In this document: one piece after another, positions 36,795 through 49,133 of the stretch
Layout of the letters: each line of letters begins with the position of its first letter
How positions within the stretch are numbered: position 1 is the stretch's first letter
Assembly: GCA_040285825.1 (NCBI GenBank)
Contig: JAUPSS010000003.1
Coordinates: 2,232,001-2,296,000 of the forward strand
Direction: 5' to 3'
Length of the DNA: 64,000 nt
Source: Eukaryota sp. TZLM1-RC
Lineage: Eukaryota; Protista; Metamonada: BaSk clade
Translations under genes and position numbers: made by a program
Notes under the pieces: model-generated
Databases searched by the model: none
What the model was told of the DNA's origin: nothing
Seen by the model: the letters and a program-made list of their open reading frames with translations, nothing else

Positions 36795-39355
36795 TTGTCA
36801 TCGAAATCAAAATTTCGTCCTTCAGTAATGACGAAAGAAAAAATTGTTCGAAAATTAGCTTTAAAGGGACTCTATGGTTCCGCTAAGCAATGCCTGTTTT
36901 CCTCTGAACTTGCAGAATGTAATGAAAATACTGTTGCTCAACTAAAGAGTCTCCATCCTGTTGAAAATTTTAAGTGCCCTAAACCTAATAATGTAAGTTA
37001 TTGGGAGCAAAATCCCGTAACTAATGATGAACTTATTAAATTGATTAACCACTTACCATCTGGAAAAGCGCCTGGTCCATCAATGATCACTTTTGACATG
37101 TTAAAATCCACGATAAACCAATGTCCTGAATGTATCGTTGAATGGTTTTCTTTTTCAACAAAATTTTAACATTAAAAATCAAGCTTCCATCTGAAATGAC
37201 AAGTTCACGCTTAATTGCTTTAATAAAGAATGAATCAAAAATAAGGCCGATTGCAATTGGTGAATCTTTGTCTCGTTTTATTGCTTCAGCTGTGTTTGGT
37301 TAGGATTGGTAAAAAAGCTAAAGATTTTTTTAGTCCTTTCCAATTTGGAATTAAAACAGTTGATGGTGCATCTTCTGCAGCACTCTCTTCTGATGTTTTT
37401 TTTAATTCCAATACTTCGAATTATATTTTTAATTTGGATTTTAAAAACGCTTTCAATGCAGTGAAGAGGTCGTCCATCTTGCCCTTGCTTCAAACTCATT
37501 TTCCAGAAGCTGAGTCGTTCTTTTACAATTTTGATGGCTCACAGTCAACTCTTGTTTATGAGGAATTCAATCTAATATCATCATCTGGTGTCAAACAAGG
37601 TGATCCATTAGGTTCTTTCTTTTTCTTTCTTGCTATCCATCCTTTAATGTGTGAATTAAAACAAGAATTTCCAGATGTTCATATAACTGCTTATATGGAT
37701 GACTTATCAATAATTGGTCCAATTGATTCATTGAGAACAATTGCTGAAATTGTTCAACAGCGCTATTATGAAATTGGTCTTTCTCTAAATATTTCCAAAT
37801 TTTTATTGATTGGTAGAGAGCCTGCTGATTTCATTATTGATGATCAAAGTGTTCCTTTTATCAATTATTTTGAATCAGGATTTCGTTTTTTAGGTTGTTA
37901 TTTAGGCAACTTTGATGAAATTCGAAATCAACTTTCCTCTCTTTTGGATTCTTTTGAAGAAGAATTGATGGTTCTTTCAGATTTAAATATTGAAAACATC
38001 TTAAATTTTTCTTCCTCAGAATTTGTTATTCAGGGAAATTTACTCATATTTTACGATCAACATCACCATCTATTTCTCTCGAATTTTGCAGAATTTTTAA
38101 TGAATTAAGAACAAAATTTTTGGCTAATTTGCTCGATATTGATTCTTCTTTTTGACGTAGTCATATTTTTTGTAGCACAGAATTGGGAGGCCTGGATTTT
38201 CACAAATCAAATTATTTGTGTAAAGCCGCATTCATCGGTGGAGGAAAAAATTTCGTTTTTGAATTTTTAAAACGTTTTCCTGAAAACCAGCATTTGATAG
38301 AATGTTGTGTTAGTGACTATTTAGTGTCCTTGCAGAGTGAAATTGAATGCATCTCTCCTCACATATGGTCCAAATGCTTTCCTGCTGATATTCAAGAAAT
38401 TCCACCCAGGAGTTTGATTTCCTTGAAATTTGCATATGCTAAATTGCAGGAAAAGCTATTAAAAGTTTTTGAAAACTTGGATTTCACTGTTCGTCTTAGC
38501 TTGGCTAAAGAAAAGAATCCCGTTTTTGCAAACTTTTTAATTGACCTCAAGGATAGTTGCTCAAGTTGTCTTATTTCCCAGATTCCAAATGTATATGGTC
38601 TATTATTAAATGATCATCAATGGACAACTGCCTTCAGGATGAGGTGTTTCCTGTGGCCATTTAGTGTGCCAAATGATTTGATTTGTCGTTGTGGTCAGCT
38701 CATTAATCTGAATCATTTATTTAATTGCAAATTTAATATTACATATCGCTCAGTTGTCCACGATGCTGTTAGAGACCAACTATACGCTATGTGCAAAAGC
38801 CATCACATTGAAGCTTTTGTTGAACCACTTGTGCGAAGGTTGTCATCTGAAAATGAAAATGAAAATACTTTTGGGAAACGCCGTGCTGATATAATTACCC
38901 CTGCGTCTGATGGTGTTATTAAAGTTGTTAATGTTGTCACTGTTGATGTTTGTAAAGACTCAGCAATTGACTTTGCTAAAAGAGATGAAACTCCACTTTG
39001 CTTTGCTGAAAAGAGCAAAATCAAAAAGTACAATGAACCCTTATCTCAGCTAGGACGTGTTGAGCATGTTAAGTATCAGTTGGTTCCATTTGCTGTTTCT
39101 CTTTTTGGTAACATTGGAATATCTGGCATTAAATTTCTTGAAGGTTTCAAAAGTTTAATAAAAGAAAGAGCAGGAAAAGAATTGAACTTCAATTTCTGGC
39201 ACAATAGAATTGTTTTCAGTATTTTTAAAGCAATTCCAGAAATGTTGACCAAAGCACTGTTACAATTAGGAATAGAGTATGAAAATCGCGCGCTTAAAAG
39301 ATTTGATGATGTTGATGCGTGTATTGAGGATATTGAGTTCTACTTTTTTGTTTAA
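36795..39355 (+). mobile_element. Near-complete CRE-like non-LTR retrotransposon, family E (RT + RLE), frameshifted
   Basis: GKAPGPS, RPIAIGE, QFGI, DFKNAFN, GVKQGDPLG, YMDD, RFLG, GGL, CRCG..HLFNC..HDAVRD..RRAD..AEKSKIKKY. Confidence 0.93.
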
Positions 39356-39559
39356 TGTTTTGTTAGCGTTTAAAATAAATTTAAGAATAATAGAAAAAAA
39401 AGATTCTACCTAATTGAGCGATAAGTTATGTTCGTATTTTTTGTATTTTCTTTTGATATTTTATAAAGTATAAAATTGCTGAATAAGGGAAACACATTTC
39501 CTGTTTAAATGAAAATTTTCATGTCCAATATAACTTATGCCCCTTGGTATTTCTTTCCT

Positions 39560-39796
39560 TGGATTTCTAGGTAAGGCTGCAATGGCTTTCCTTTGGGATT
39601 TTGTTGTGGTTGTAAAGGAAAGAACTGGAAGAATTTTCAATCATTTTGATTGGCAAAACAGGATTGTTTTTTCTTTTTTAAGAGAATGGTGAAGCTAATC
39701 ATTGATTCACTATCTTCATTTGAAAAATTTTCTATATCCTTGATAGTCATTGTTTTGATATGCGGGAAGCAGTTTTTGAGGATGTGTATTTTTAGT
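39560..39796 (+). mobile_element. CRE-like 3' end fragment, family B
   Basis: Matches 9655-9891. Confidence 0.8.
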
Positions 39797-39884
39797 TGGG
39801 TGATTCCTGATTTCATATTCTTCATTAGATAATTAAATATAGTGTTCATGAAAATCATTTTTGGAAATCATTCAAAAAAGTACC

Positions 39885-41745
39885 TACTTCCACTCAAAGT
39901 CTTCCGTCTATAGCAAATGGGAAAGCAATAAACACAAGTGGTCTATTTCCATCAGCTTTAGCTTTTTCGATATCCTTGTCAAATTTTCTATGTTTTTCTT
40001 GGGTCTTAAATTCAAAAGCATCTTCAGAATTAAGTTTTCTTCAAGACTAAGTGTCATTTACAACATTACATGAGACAAAGTCAACAACAGCTTCAGAGTT
40101 TCCAATCCAATCACAATAAGTATCAACTCTGTCATCAGAACCAAAATTATTGAATGGCAGTGTTTCCTTCGGCAGAGATTCTTTGATACACGAAATTCTT
40201 GCAGTTCGTGCCATATTGAAAACAATGTTCCTGACAGCATCATGTAATGAAAAACGATAAGTGATCAATTTCGAACAATTCAGAGCATGTCGCAAAGTGA
40301 GCTGAGGTGAATTCAGACAAATACATTTTTGTTTTAATAATAAATGATTTATGTGAATATTCAAATATAATCTCATTCATGTTACAAACGCTTCATTTTT
40401 GGCACACAGTACAAATGTTTGTGGCACAATGGTCAAAAACAGTGAAAAATTTGATGACTGATTTTCACAAACACCCTTGTCAAATAACAATGATTGAAGA
40501 TCTTGATTGAAAACAGCCGAGCTATATATACTATTATAAAGATCATCGTCATACATTCCAGTCAGTCGTTACTGTCAGGTTCGAAGAGTGTATTTTAAAT
40601 TAACAAAAATTTTTTCCGGAATATTGCCATTGAATGATTGGGGAAAGCATCGACTTCTTTTTTCTACTTCAATGTTGGAAATTTCTTCATTTAATGCAAA
40701 AACAGTGGAACTTTGCGTTGTCATTAATAAATCTTCCAAAACTGTAAATCTTTCAGAAAATAAAACATTGCATCTCTACATCCACCAATAAAAGCACATG
40801 AAGTCAGAATTGAGGCATTTGAGGCATTTGGGACATTGGACATTCTATTCATTGTGACAAGACTATTGCACGTAATTCATTAAACCTTGGGCCAAATGCC
40901 TAGTGATAAGAGGATTTGTAGATCGAAATTTATGACTGAAATTGGAATTGAAACAAAGTCTTATAGTGGTAAATATGATATGTTTCTGTATATCTAAATT
41001 CATCATTTGGTCCATTTTGTCGGAAATTGAGTTCCACTTTTCAAACAATTGTTTGGTAATTTCATCATTATCTCCTAAAAACGAACTCAAATGCCGAATA
41101 GCATCAATTGAATATAACTTGGCGTGAATTTCAATACCATGAACTATTGTGGAAACTGGAGAATTCGATAACAAAACACACTTAAGTAAATTAAGTCGGA
41201 GACCAAATTTGGTAAATAATTCTTTAAAACATACAGTTGCTTGTTTCACAATATTTCAATCTCCAATAAGAACATCATCATCCATATATGCAATCATTTT
41301 TAGCGAAGGAAACATCTCTTGAAATTGCAATAAAATAGGATGAATGGCCAAACAAAACAAAAGAGGTCTTAACGGATCTCCTTGTTTTACACCACTTGAT
41401 GAACTCAAAATGGAATTACCAAAATGTAAATTAGAATTTGTGCTATTTGTTGATTGGAAATACGGCATCTATTCCGGAATATATTGCAACAAAGCACCAT
41501 GAATATGATATGTTTCTGTACATCCAATTCCATCATTTGATCAATTTTCTCAGAAATTAAATTCAACTGATCAAACAGATTTTTTGGTGACTTCATCATG
41601 ATTATCTAAGAACAAACTCACATGAAGAACAACATCAGTTGAAAATAAATTGCCTGGAATTTCAATGCCATTAACCATTGTTGAAATTGAAGAACTTGAA
41701 AGTAAATAAACATTTAGGTTCAAGCGGAGGCCAATTTTGTTCAAA
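39885..41745 (-). mobile_element. Degenerate, internally rearranged CRE-like element, family D (RT + RLE)
   Basis: GVKQGDPL, YMDD; RLE part homologous to 35471-36110; post-RT segment duplicated at 41490-41745. Confidence 0.85.
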
Positions 41746-42688
41746 ACCTAATTACAAACCTTTTCTTTGAATCTACAGAAATATTAGTGAAAAAATCATG
41801 TCTGCTTGTTTTCAATTAAAAATGATATTGTACATTGGTAATTGTGCAATTTACCTTCTTTGTGTAATTTATAACAAAGATTTGAATACACTTGAAGTCA
41901 AATTTCATCTACACTGTCTTTTACGATAAGTCACAAATATTGTCTTGAAAATATTGTAAACTTCTTTAATATTATTAGTCTTAGTCTTTCTAAAATTCTC
42001 TTCATATGACATTGATTAATACTGGGAATAACATAACCATGTACACAATGATGAAACTATCAAGTATTGACAAATGATAAATTTAATTGCTTCCACTCTT
42101 TTAGTGAATTTCGCTTTGTGCTTGTTATTTCCCCCAGAATATCAGAATTTATCACAATGAGCTTTTATTATGTTTGGTCACACACTAGTAATTGTATAAA
42201 TGTCACCAATTTTTTATCTCACAAATCTAATAACTAATTACTGGAAGAACCTTGTCAGAATTGCATTTGGTTGACACTTAAAAGAAAGCATTCAAATGTA
42301 TTGATTCATTGAACCACTTGCAAATCTTAAGTTTGATATTAATACTTCTACTAAGACTCTACATTGCTTTTTCCTGAACAAAATGGTTTCTGTGAGTCAT
42401 TAAAACAAACAACCGCTTCTAAGAATATCTGGTGTATAGAAAATTGAAAAGTGTTTTGAAAGTGGTTCAATTCTATAAGCAATAGTTTCTTCAATAAAAT
42501 TTCCATATTTATTATGTTATCTTTGCTTTGAATTCAAATGCATCTACATGGTTGAATTTCCTCCTAAAATCACAATTTCAGTTCCAACATCGCAGAAAAC
42601 AATTTCAACAATGGCTTAACCGTTTGCTATCCAATCACAATCCTCTTCCGTTAGCCAGGCTAAACTCCTCCTTCCAATTTCGGAAGGT

Positions 42689-42710
42689 ATGACGTGATGT
42701 ATCACGTCAT
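42689..42710. promoter_or_regulatory. Palindromic pair of TGACGT (CRE/ATF-like) motifs ~225 bp upstream of the BTB gene
   Basis: atgacgtgat-gt-atcacgtcat, 10-bp arms; regulatory role is inference. Confidence 0.35.
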
Positions 42711-42933
42711 CTTTAGCTTAAATTCGTTTTTGTTTAATTTTTGGAAAACCAACGTGCACTGAAGCCAACACTTCAATCTTTTCATCAGAAGCAGAATTTT
42801 GCAGTGACAGTGTTGCTTTAAAAACAGCCTCGTTGACACTACAGATACCTGCAATCCTCACCATACTGAACACAGTTGACAGCCAGTTTCCTTTTATTCC
42901 AAGAAAAATTCAATTTTTGAGTCCCCACACCAA

Positions 42934-45684
42934 ATGGCCACCTTCCAATATCCACCCTCTACATTTGCCGAGAAACTCTTCCACACGACTGATTTCTCCG
43001 ATGTTACTCTTATCTATCTTGAACATGAATTTGCTCTTCATCGCAACATTCTCTCTGTCTTCTCTCGATACCTCCACCAAATGTTCACCATTCCCACCAC
43101 TGACCGAGATCTACAACGCTTAGAAATTGAAAATCTTCCCATTGATGTTACCGTTTTCCAAGACTTCATCAATGCTCTCTATTGCCAGCCTTTGGAGATA
43201 ACTAACGAGAATGTTTTCGATATCTACTACATTGCTGAATACTTCAAGGCAGCCGAAATAGTGGAGAGAGCATTCTCCTTCATCCAACACCTCTCCTCTT
43301 CTCACCTTTTGAATGTCATCCAAAGAGCCGATGAATGTGTGCATTATTCCTTCATTAAGAAGTGCTGTCCTTTGCTAGATAAGCTTCTTCTAGACCGACC
43401 GCTAGTTTTGAAGGAAGAATCCTTTGAAGTTCTTTCTATGAATCTAACCACTACTGGCTCTATCAAATGGATGCTTCTTTCTATGGTAGATTCCTATGTC
43501 AAGGGTAGCATTTCTGTTGAAGATGTTGACCAAGTTTTGAAAAATTCTTTTGAATTGATTAAACAAATTGAAATTGAATTTATTTGGAATAAAATTGTCA
43601 AAGTTTTTGGTAATTTGGAAGATTTAACTGATGTTTTGTTGGAATTTTCAGTCAATTTATTACCAAATTTTGACCCTTCAAAAGCTAAAAATGATTGGTT
43701 ATTCTGGTTATTGATAACTTCCAATCAATTTGATTCACATTTGATTGAGGAAGTGGTAAACCAGATTCCTGGTATTTTTGACCTTGGTGAACGTCAACAC
43801 GTCGAGCTCAAACCAATCACATTAATCAAACTTTCAGGTCAATTAAAGTCAATCAATCACGTGATGTGGCTGATTAAAAGTTTCGTAAAGTCATGGTCAT
43901 GTGACCAAATTTTCTCACTCAAACAGGTCAAAAATGTGTTGACTTTGTTAGAAGTCAAGGATGTTCCTTTTGACTTTCTTTATTTTGAACTTTTTTCTCC
44001 CTTGAAAATGGATGACTCTTTATTAACTATTTTAATTGAATTTTCTATTTATTGTTTTGGAAATGTTAAAGATTTAAATAGTAATCCAAATTGGTTGGTT
44101 GAGACGATTGAACTTGCTGACCGTGAAAATTTCAATAGTGAAAATTTGGAATCATTTATGCCAAAATTTAGCATCATCAATGCTGATCCCATCTCAATCA
44201 AACCTCAAACTTTTAAAAAATTGAAGTCTGACAATCAAAATGATCGTGAAGTAAATTATTGGTTACTCAATACCTTGGTCACGTCATATTCAAACCAAAT
44301 CAATCAAAGTCAAGGCAATTCTGATTGGAATGTTGAAATTTTTGGAGAATGTCTTTATTCTTTTGATTTTGATCAATTTACTTTTGCTGATTTAAATGAA
44401 ATTATTTGGATTCCTCTTTCAAAATTTGATGAACTTGCTGTAATCCTGGTTCCATTTGTTGATTTATTGCATTGTAAAGTCTTCAAAACAAATGAAGTTC
44501 AAGAAATTCAAAAAAAATCCTTTGAAAAAGTATTTTTTAAATTGAAAAGCTCTGAGATAACCAGAATGGTGAGTGTTGAGTTTCGTCATCTTTTTCAATC
44601 AATTTTGATTGATGACGTGATTGATTTAAGCGATTCAAATATCGAAGCAGCTTTAGTTGATGATTTCCTCCACGACTTTAATAATTCAAATCATTTATCA
44701 GTAATAATTTCATTTATTCAGCGTTTAAATTCCAATAAGCTTAAAGAAAAACTTATTGAAGCTGTTTCAGTTCAGTTAACAGAACCAATTTCAAAGGCAC
44801 AATTAGAAATGATTTTAGGTCTTGAAATTAACCAAGAATTAAAACACAAATTGTTTATTCATTTTGTTTCTAATATTAATTCAATTAAGGTTCAGGATTT
44901 TATTTGGATTTTGAATCTTGGTAATGAATTTTCTTCTCAAATTGACTTTGAATCATTTATTTTAAAGATAGAATTCAATACCCTGTCTGAAATGGAATTA
45001 AAAACTTTGGTAAATTACTCAATTAAATATTCAAATTCTTGGTTATTAGGCAAGGCTATTGATCATTATGAATTTGGTTCAATTCCAGAAGTTTATACAA
45101 TTTCAGGTGATTTATTATTAAACCTAAATCTCTCTAATTCAATTAATAAAAACAAGGAAGAATGGTTGGAAGTGGTTATTGTTGGTAATTGTTCATTTGA
45201 CATTATTAATCAACTATGTCAAAAGTTATTGGGCAGGGAAACCAAATTCAAGTTTTTTAATACAAATCAAAGTGGTTCTGGGATGGTGTTCTCAGAAGGT
45301 AATAGAAGGGTTTTAAATGATTGTTGTGATAGTTCTAAACCTTGTAATTTTGCAGTAATAGATTTCAATCCTAATAAGTTCAAAATTGCAATTCAAAGGA
45401 GGGTGGCGAGTGATAATGAATTTATTGGGTTTTGGACAATGGATGATATTAGGAAGGGTAACTATGGTGGTGGTACTAAGTATTGTACTGGTGGTAGTCG
45501 TGGTTGTGGTTACTTCGCCCTCCCTCAAATGAACCAAGGAGACATTCTTTACGTCAATATTGAAAACAATCAAGCTACTTTTAGCTTAAATGGAAGTAGT
45601 GTTACCAAACCAATTCCTTCTGGAACTGTATTTGGTATATGGGCTTATTGGAAGGGTAGTGAATACTCAATTGTAGATTATTAG
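42934..45684 (+). CDS. BTB/POZ-domain protein with helical repeats and C-terminal beta-rich (SPRY-like) domain
   Basis: FSDVTL..FALHRNILSVFSRYLHQMF..FINALY..ITNENV..IAEYF; 916-aa intact ORF. Confidence 0.88.
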   Translation: MATFQYPPSTFAEKLFHTTDFSDVTLIYLEHEFALHRNILSVFSRYLHQMFTIPTTDRDLQRLEIENLPIDVTVFQDFINALYCQPLEITNENVFDIYYIAEYFKAAEIVERAFSFIQHLSSSHLLNVIQRADECVHYSFIKKCCPLLDKLLLDRPLVLKEESFEVLSMNLTTTGSIKWMLLSMVDSYVKGSISVEDVDQVLKNSFELIKQIEIEFIWNKIVKVFGNLEDLTDVLLEFSVNLLPNFDPSKAKNDWLFWLLITSNQFDSHLIEEVVNQIPGIFDLGERQHVELKPITLIKLSGQLKSINHVMWLIKSFVKSWSCDQIFSLKQVKNVLTLLEVKDVPFDFLYFELFSPLKMDDSLLTILIEFSIYCFGNVKDLNSNPNWLVETIELADRENFNSENLESFMPKFSIINADPISIKPQTFKKLKSDNQNDREVNYWLLNTLVTSYSNQINQSQGNSDWNVEIFGECLYSFDFDQFTFADLNEIIWIPLSKFDELAVILVPFVDLLHCKVFKTNEVQEIQKKSFEKVFFKLKSSEITRMVSVEFRHLFQSILIDDVIDLSDSNIEAALVDDFLHDFNNSNHLSVIISFIQRLNSNKLKEKLIEAVSVQLTEPISKAQLEMILGLEINQELKHKLFIHFVSNINSIKVQDFIWILNLGNEFSSQIDFESFILKIEFNTLSEMELKTLVNYSIKYSNSWLLGKAIDHYEFGSIPEVYTISGDLLLNLNLSNSINKNKEEWLEVVIVGNCSFDIINQLCQKLLGRETKFKFFNTNQSGSGMVFSEGNRRVLNDCCDSSKPCNFAVIDFNPNKFKIAIQRRVASDNEFIGFWTMDDIRKGNYGGGTKYCTGGSRGCGYFALPQMNQGDILYVNIENNQATFSLNGSSVTKPIPSGTVFGIWAYWKGSEYSIVDY

Positions 45685-46613
45685 TGGTTTAATTAGGATT
45701 GATTTTTGTTTTGTTTAGAATAAGCATTAAGTAAATAAACTTTATCATGAATTTATTCTTTTTTACTTTAACTAAACGGTTGTTTTTGGTTTAATAATTG
45801 AAATTTACTTTTGTGCCTTGATGGATTATTGAGCAATTTCAATGGATGCAATTTAATATAAACGAAAAATTGGTTGTTGAACGAATTTGCACAAACTGAT
45901 AGTTCAACAGATATGACCAAAATTGTAATTGGCTTGGTTCAAAAGCGATGTAGTCATGGTTTCTTTTGAAAAGCAGTATAAGAAACTCCTGGAAGTGTCG
46001 ACCAGAAAATGGTCCAGAAAGTAGTAAGTGTGTTTGAAATACTGATCTTCACACCATTTCTCATTGTAATATCCAAAAGAAAGCAAAGTATCAGAAACTA
46101 TCTTCAACATCCCCTTAAAAATAGAAAACACAATTCTATTTTAATGACTTTGGAAGTACCAAAGCTGGCACAGTGACTGAGTTAACCATTGACTAAAAGA
46201 ATGTTCTCTCACTTTAGGTCGCCATGAACTACAGATTTTGCATGCAAGATTTTCATCGTAGAGTAAAGATCTATCGCTAATCAGAGGGTTTCACGTTAGA
46301 GAGGAGAAGGAACAGGAAGGGAGGAATGGGCGCGTTCTCCCCAAGTTGAATGTCAGAGGCATTGATGTCAGAACATGACAGGTCGTGATAGGATGATGAC
46401 ATGACTGTGTGAAAAGAGAGGAGATAAGATGTGAGGTTCGTTGAACGAGCTGAGTGAGGTTCAAGCCCTTTGAGAAAAATGAGTTTGAAACATTTTAAAG
46501 TGAGCATTTTACAGTTTATGATCTGTGGTTGATTTTTATGTTGAATACAATTCCCCCAAACATTCCCAATTTCAGTTTTCCCCCAAAACTCCCCCAAAAA
46601 TCCCCCAAACAAT

Positions 46614-47516
46614 ATGCCGTTGACTTTTCGCATACTTTCTGAAGTTAAATCGGCTCAACAGCTTCTATCACTTAATTTACATTGTTCGGAAGACACCAGG
46701 GCTCGCGCGTGTGCTGCTCACCATTTTCAGCCTCTCACTCAAAAAGAGATTGCAAAACAGTATAGTGTGTCACAATCCACTATTTCCCGATGGCTCAAGC
46801 AATCATTTGACTGTTCCCTGTGGGGTCCATATCGACGTAGAAGAAACAGAATACTAGACTCTTCGGAAGTTACTACCCTTCTGTCAATCGTTGATGTTGA
46901 TCCCCAGCTATTTTTACATCAAATGAAAAAGATAGCGTTAAAACTCTTTGGTGAAACTATGTCTGAAACAACACTTTACCGTATTCTTAAAGACGCAAAC
47001 TATTCTCACAAATTGTCCCAAAAAATACTGTCAAAATGTAAACAAAGTCTCACCAAAAGCTTCTCAGATCAATTTTCTTCTATTGTCGGTCCAGTTAATC
47101 ATTCTCAACTATTATTTATTGATGAACTGTCGTTTGTGCAGAAGCACTTTCACCAACGATGGGTCTGGTCTCCTGTTGGAAAACCTGTCTCAATCAATTT
47201 ACCCAAGGTTGCTGTACCACAAATTTCAGTGGTTGGTGCCATCAACAAGTTTGGCTATGTCTGTGGACATAATCCAATAGAGGCTTTTTTTGGACTGTTA
47301 CGACGACGTGTTAGAACTGATTCTTCCCGTTTTCCAGAAGCACCTGCAACTCAAATAATACTATCTGCTTTGGAAAGTCTACGATCATATGATTGTAGTT
47401 CACTGTTTGAGCACGCAGGATGGACTAATGGCCAGTTTTACCACTCACCATATCTAAATAATTCCAAATTGGCGAACTGTATTGAAATGGACATAGAAAA
47501 CGATAGAACTGAATAA
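46614..47516 (+). mobile_element. IS630/Tc1-like transposase, internally deleted
   Basis: HTH (TQKEIAKQYSVSQSTISRW), second HTH (SETTLYRIL), LLFIDE and HNPIEAFF motifs; the segment with the second catalytic D is missing. Confidence 0.85.
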
Positions 47517-47619
47517 AAATATATATTTCTTGTCCTTGTTGAGTTGATCTGTGGTTCTTTATGTGAAGTTTATTGGTTGTAAGAAAAATAATTGAAGTTT
47601 AACTAAGTATGAGAATTTT

Positions 47620-48152
47620 CTACGTTAGTGGCCATATCAAATTGATCTTACCCATCAATACTAATGGTTTTTCATTCATTCCATAAAGTTTAATATTCCT
47701 TTCTTTTGCTTGGGCGATAAAGTGAGAAGTCAGAAGTAGCACCAAGTCGTCTAAAACAAGGTGTGAATATGACTCAGCTTGTTGGATATACACATCGTGT
47801 TCCCCTTCATAAAAGAATCTATGAGTTCCCTTATACGGTGCATATAGTAAATACAATTTGAGAGCAACCCAACCATCGTTATGGACAAAGGAAAAGTAAA
47901 GAGGTTGATGGCTTTGAGTACTATCAACTTCATTAAGGTGAGGGTTGACATACGGTGCTGTATGGAAAGGACTATTGACAGAAGAAAAATCAAGTTGCTG
48001 AGCACAAGACTGTCTCCAAGGAAGTCAAAGTCTTCATCAGTGCGTGGCAATTTGATAGGGGTGCCAAATTGTTGATCATCAGATTGTCTCCAAGGGAGGT
48101 CACAGTCTTCGTCTGTTCGTGATGAGTGTATAGTGGTGTCAATTGGTGGCAT
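47620..48152 (-). pseudogene. Frameshifted hypothetical ORF with internal RTDED-x-D-x-PWRQS repeat
   Basis: Imperfect ~75-bp duplication; a 1-nt loss in the second repeat would link ORFs 47751-48152 and 47620-47856. Confidence 0.4.
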
Positions 48153-48184
48153 TAGGTTTGGGGGAATTGAATTTTGAATTCAGC

Positions 48185-48325
48185 TTAAGTGAAATTCACA
48201 GAAAAGAATTTCCAGGATTATCCAGCTGTATTTACCTATTTTATGGTAAGGCCAGTGAACTAATTTATGAATCTTATACTTTATCTTTATCTTCCGGAGT
48301 TAAGCAAGGTGATCCCCATGGGCCA
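48185..48325 (+). mobile_element. Short RT fragment of CRE-like element
   Basis: EFPGLS..FYG..SSGVKQGDP.GP. Confidence 0.75.
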
Positions 48326-48584
48326 TATAAAAAGGTCTGTACAAGTAGAACGTGTGGAATTAAAGAAGAGAAAGTTGTATAAAATTGTTTCCTTGCAATT
48401 TAGTATGGTTGGCAATTATAGTGCAAAACTTATCCCCAAACATTCCCATTTTTAATATTCCCAAAACCTCCCCCGAAACCAATACCAAATCAGTTCAGGA
48501 GCTTCCTAGCATAATAACGTGCCGATAATGTTCAAATAAACAACAAAAAACATCAACTACTTATTTACAAAATAACTTACTTTA

Positions 48585-48960
48585 TTACAGATTTTCTAAA
48601 TGAAGAGAGATATCTTTAACAGTATTGAAAAGGGCTTCCAGCTCTCGTTCCTTTAGCTCAATGTTAACAATTTCCTTCGAGTTGCCATTAGAAAGCTTCA
48701 AACCAAGTAAAACGGTAGGAACAGAAGCTCTTTTGGTTGATGAATGACTAACAGTTTTATTTAACTTCCAATCAGAGCTTTCAGGGAAAGTTTTCCTAGT
48801 ATTTTTACTGGATGAGGGAGGAACATGAGGCGTGTACATGGACTGTACCGGTTGAGGCGTTGGTGGTAGAGCAGCATAAGTTGCAGTTTGTGGAGGGCCA
48901 GTAGTGGAGCATGAACTGAGGGAGTAATAGAAAGAAGTTGAAAGAATACAGGGGAGTCCT
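48585..48960 (-). CDS. COMM-domain-like protein (5' exon unresolved)
   Basis: DWKL..SHSS..VPTVLLGLKL..VNIELKERELEALFNTVKDI..LE fits the COMM domain pattern; Pro/Thr-rich open frame upstream. Confidence 0.5.
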
Positions 48961-49133
48961 AAAGCTTGAAAAAGAAGTAAAGCGAGAGAAATAAGAACCT
49001 AGTTTATGAAGTGAGAGGAAAGTGTGGGAATAGAGAAATCCTCCCAACACCAAGTTGAGGGTCAAAAACCTCCCAGAACAGGCAACAAGAAGTCGCAAAT
49101 GGAGTGACAAGTGTAAAATTTGATAGATGAGCG

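Noticed and set aside
46550-46610. Interstitial telomere repeat
   Set aside because: C-runs are irregularly spaced with no constant unit; treated as a promoter/G4-like tract instead.
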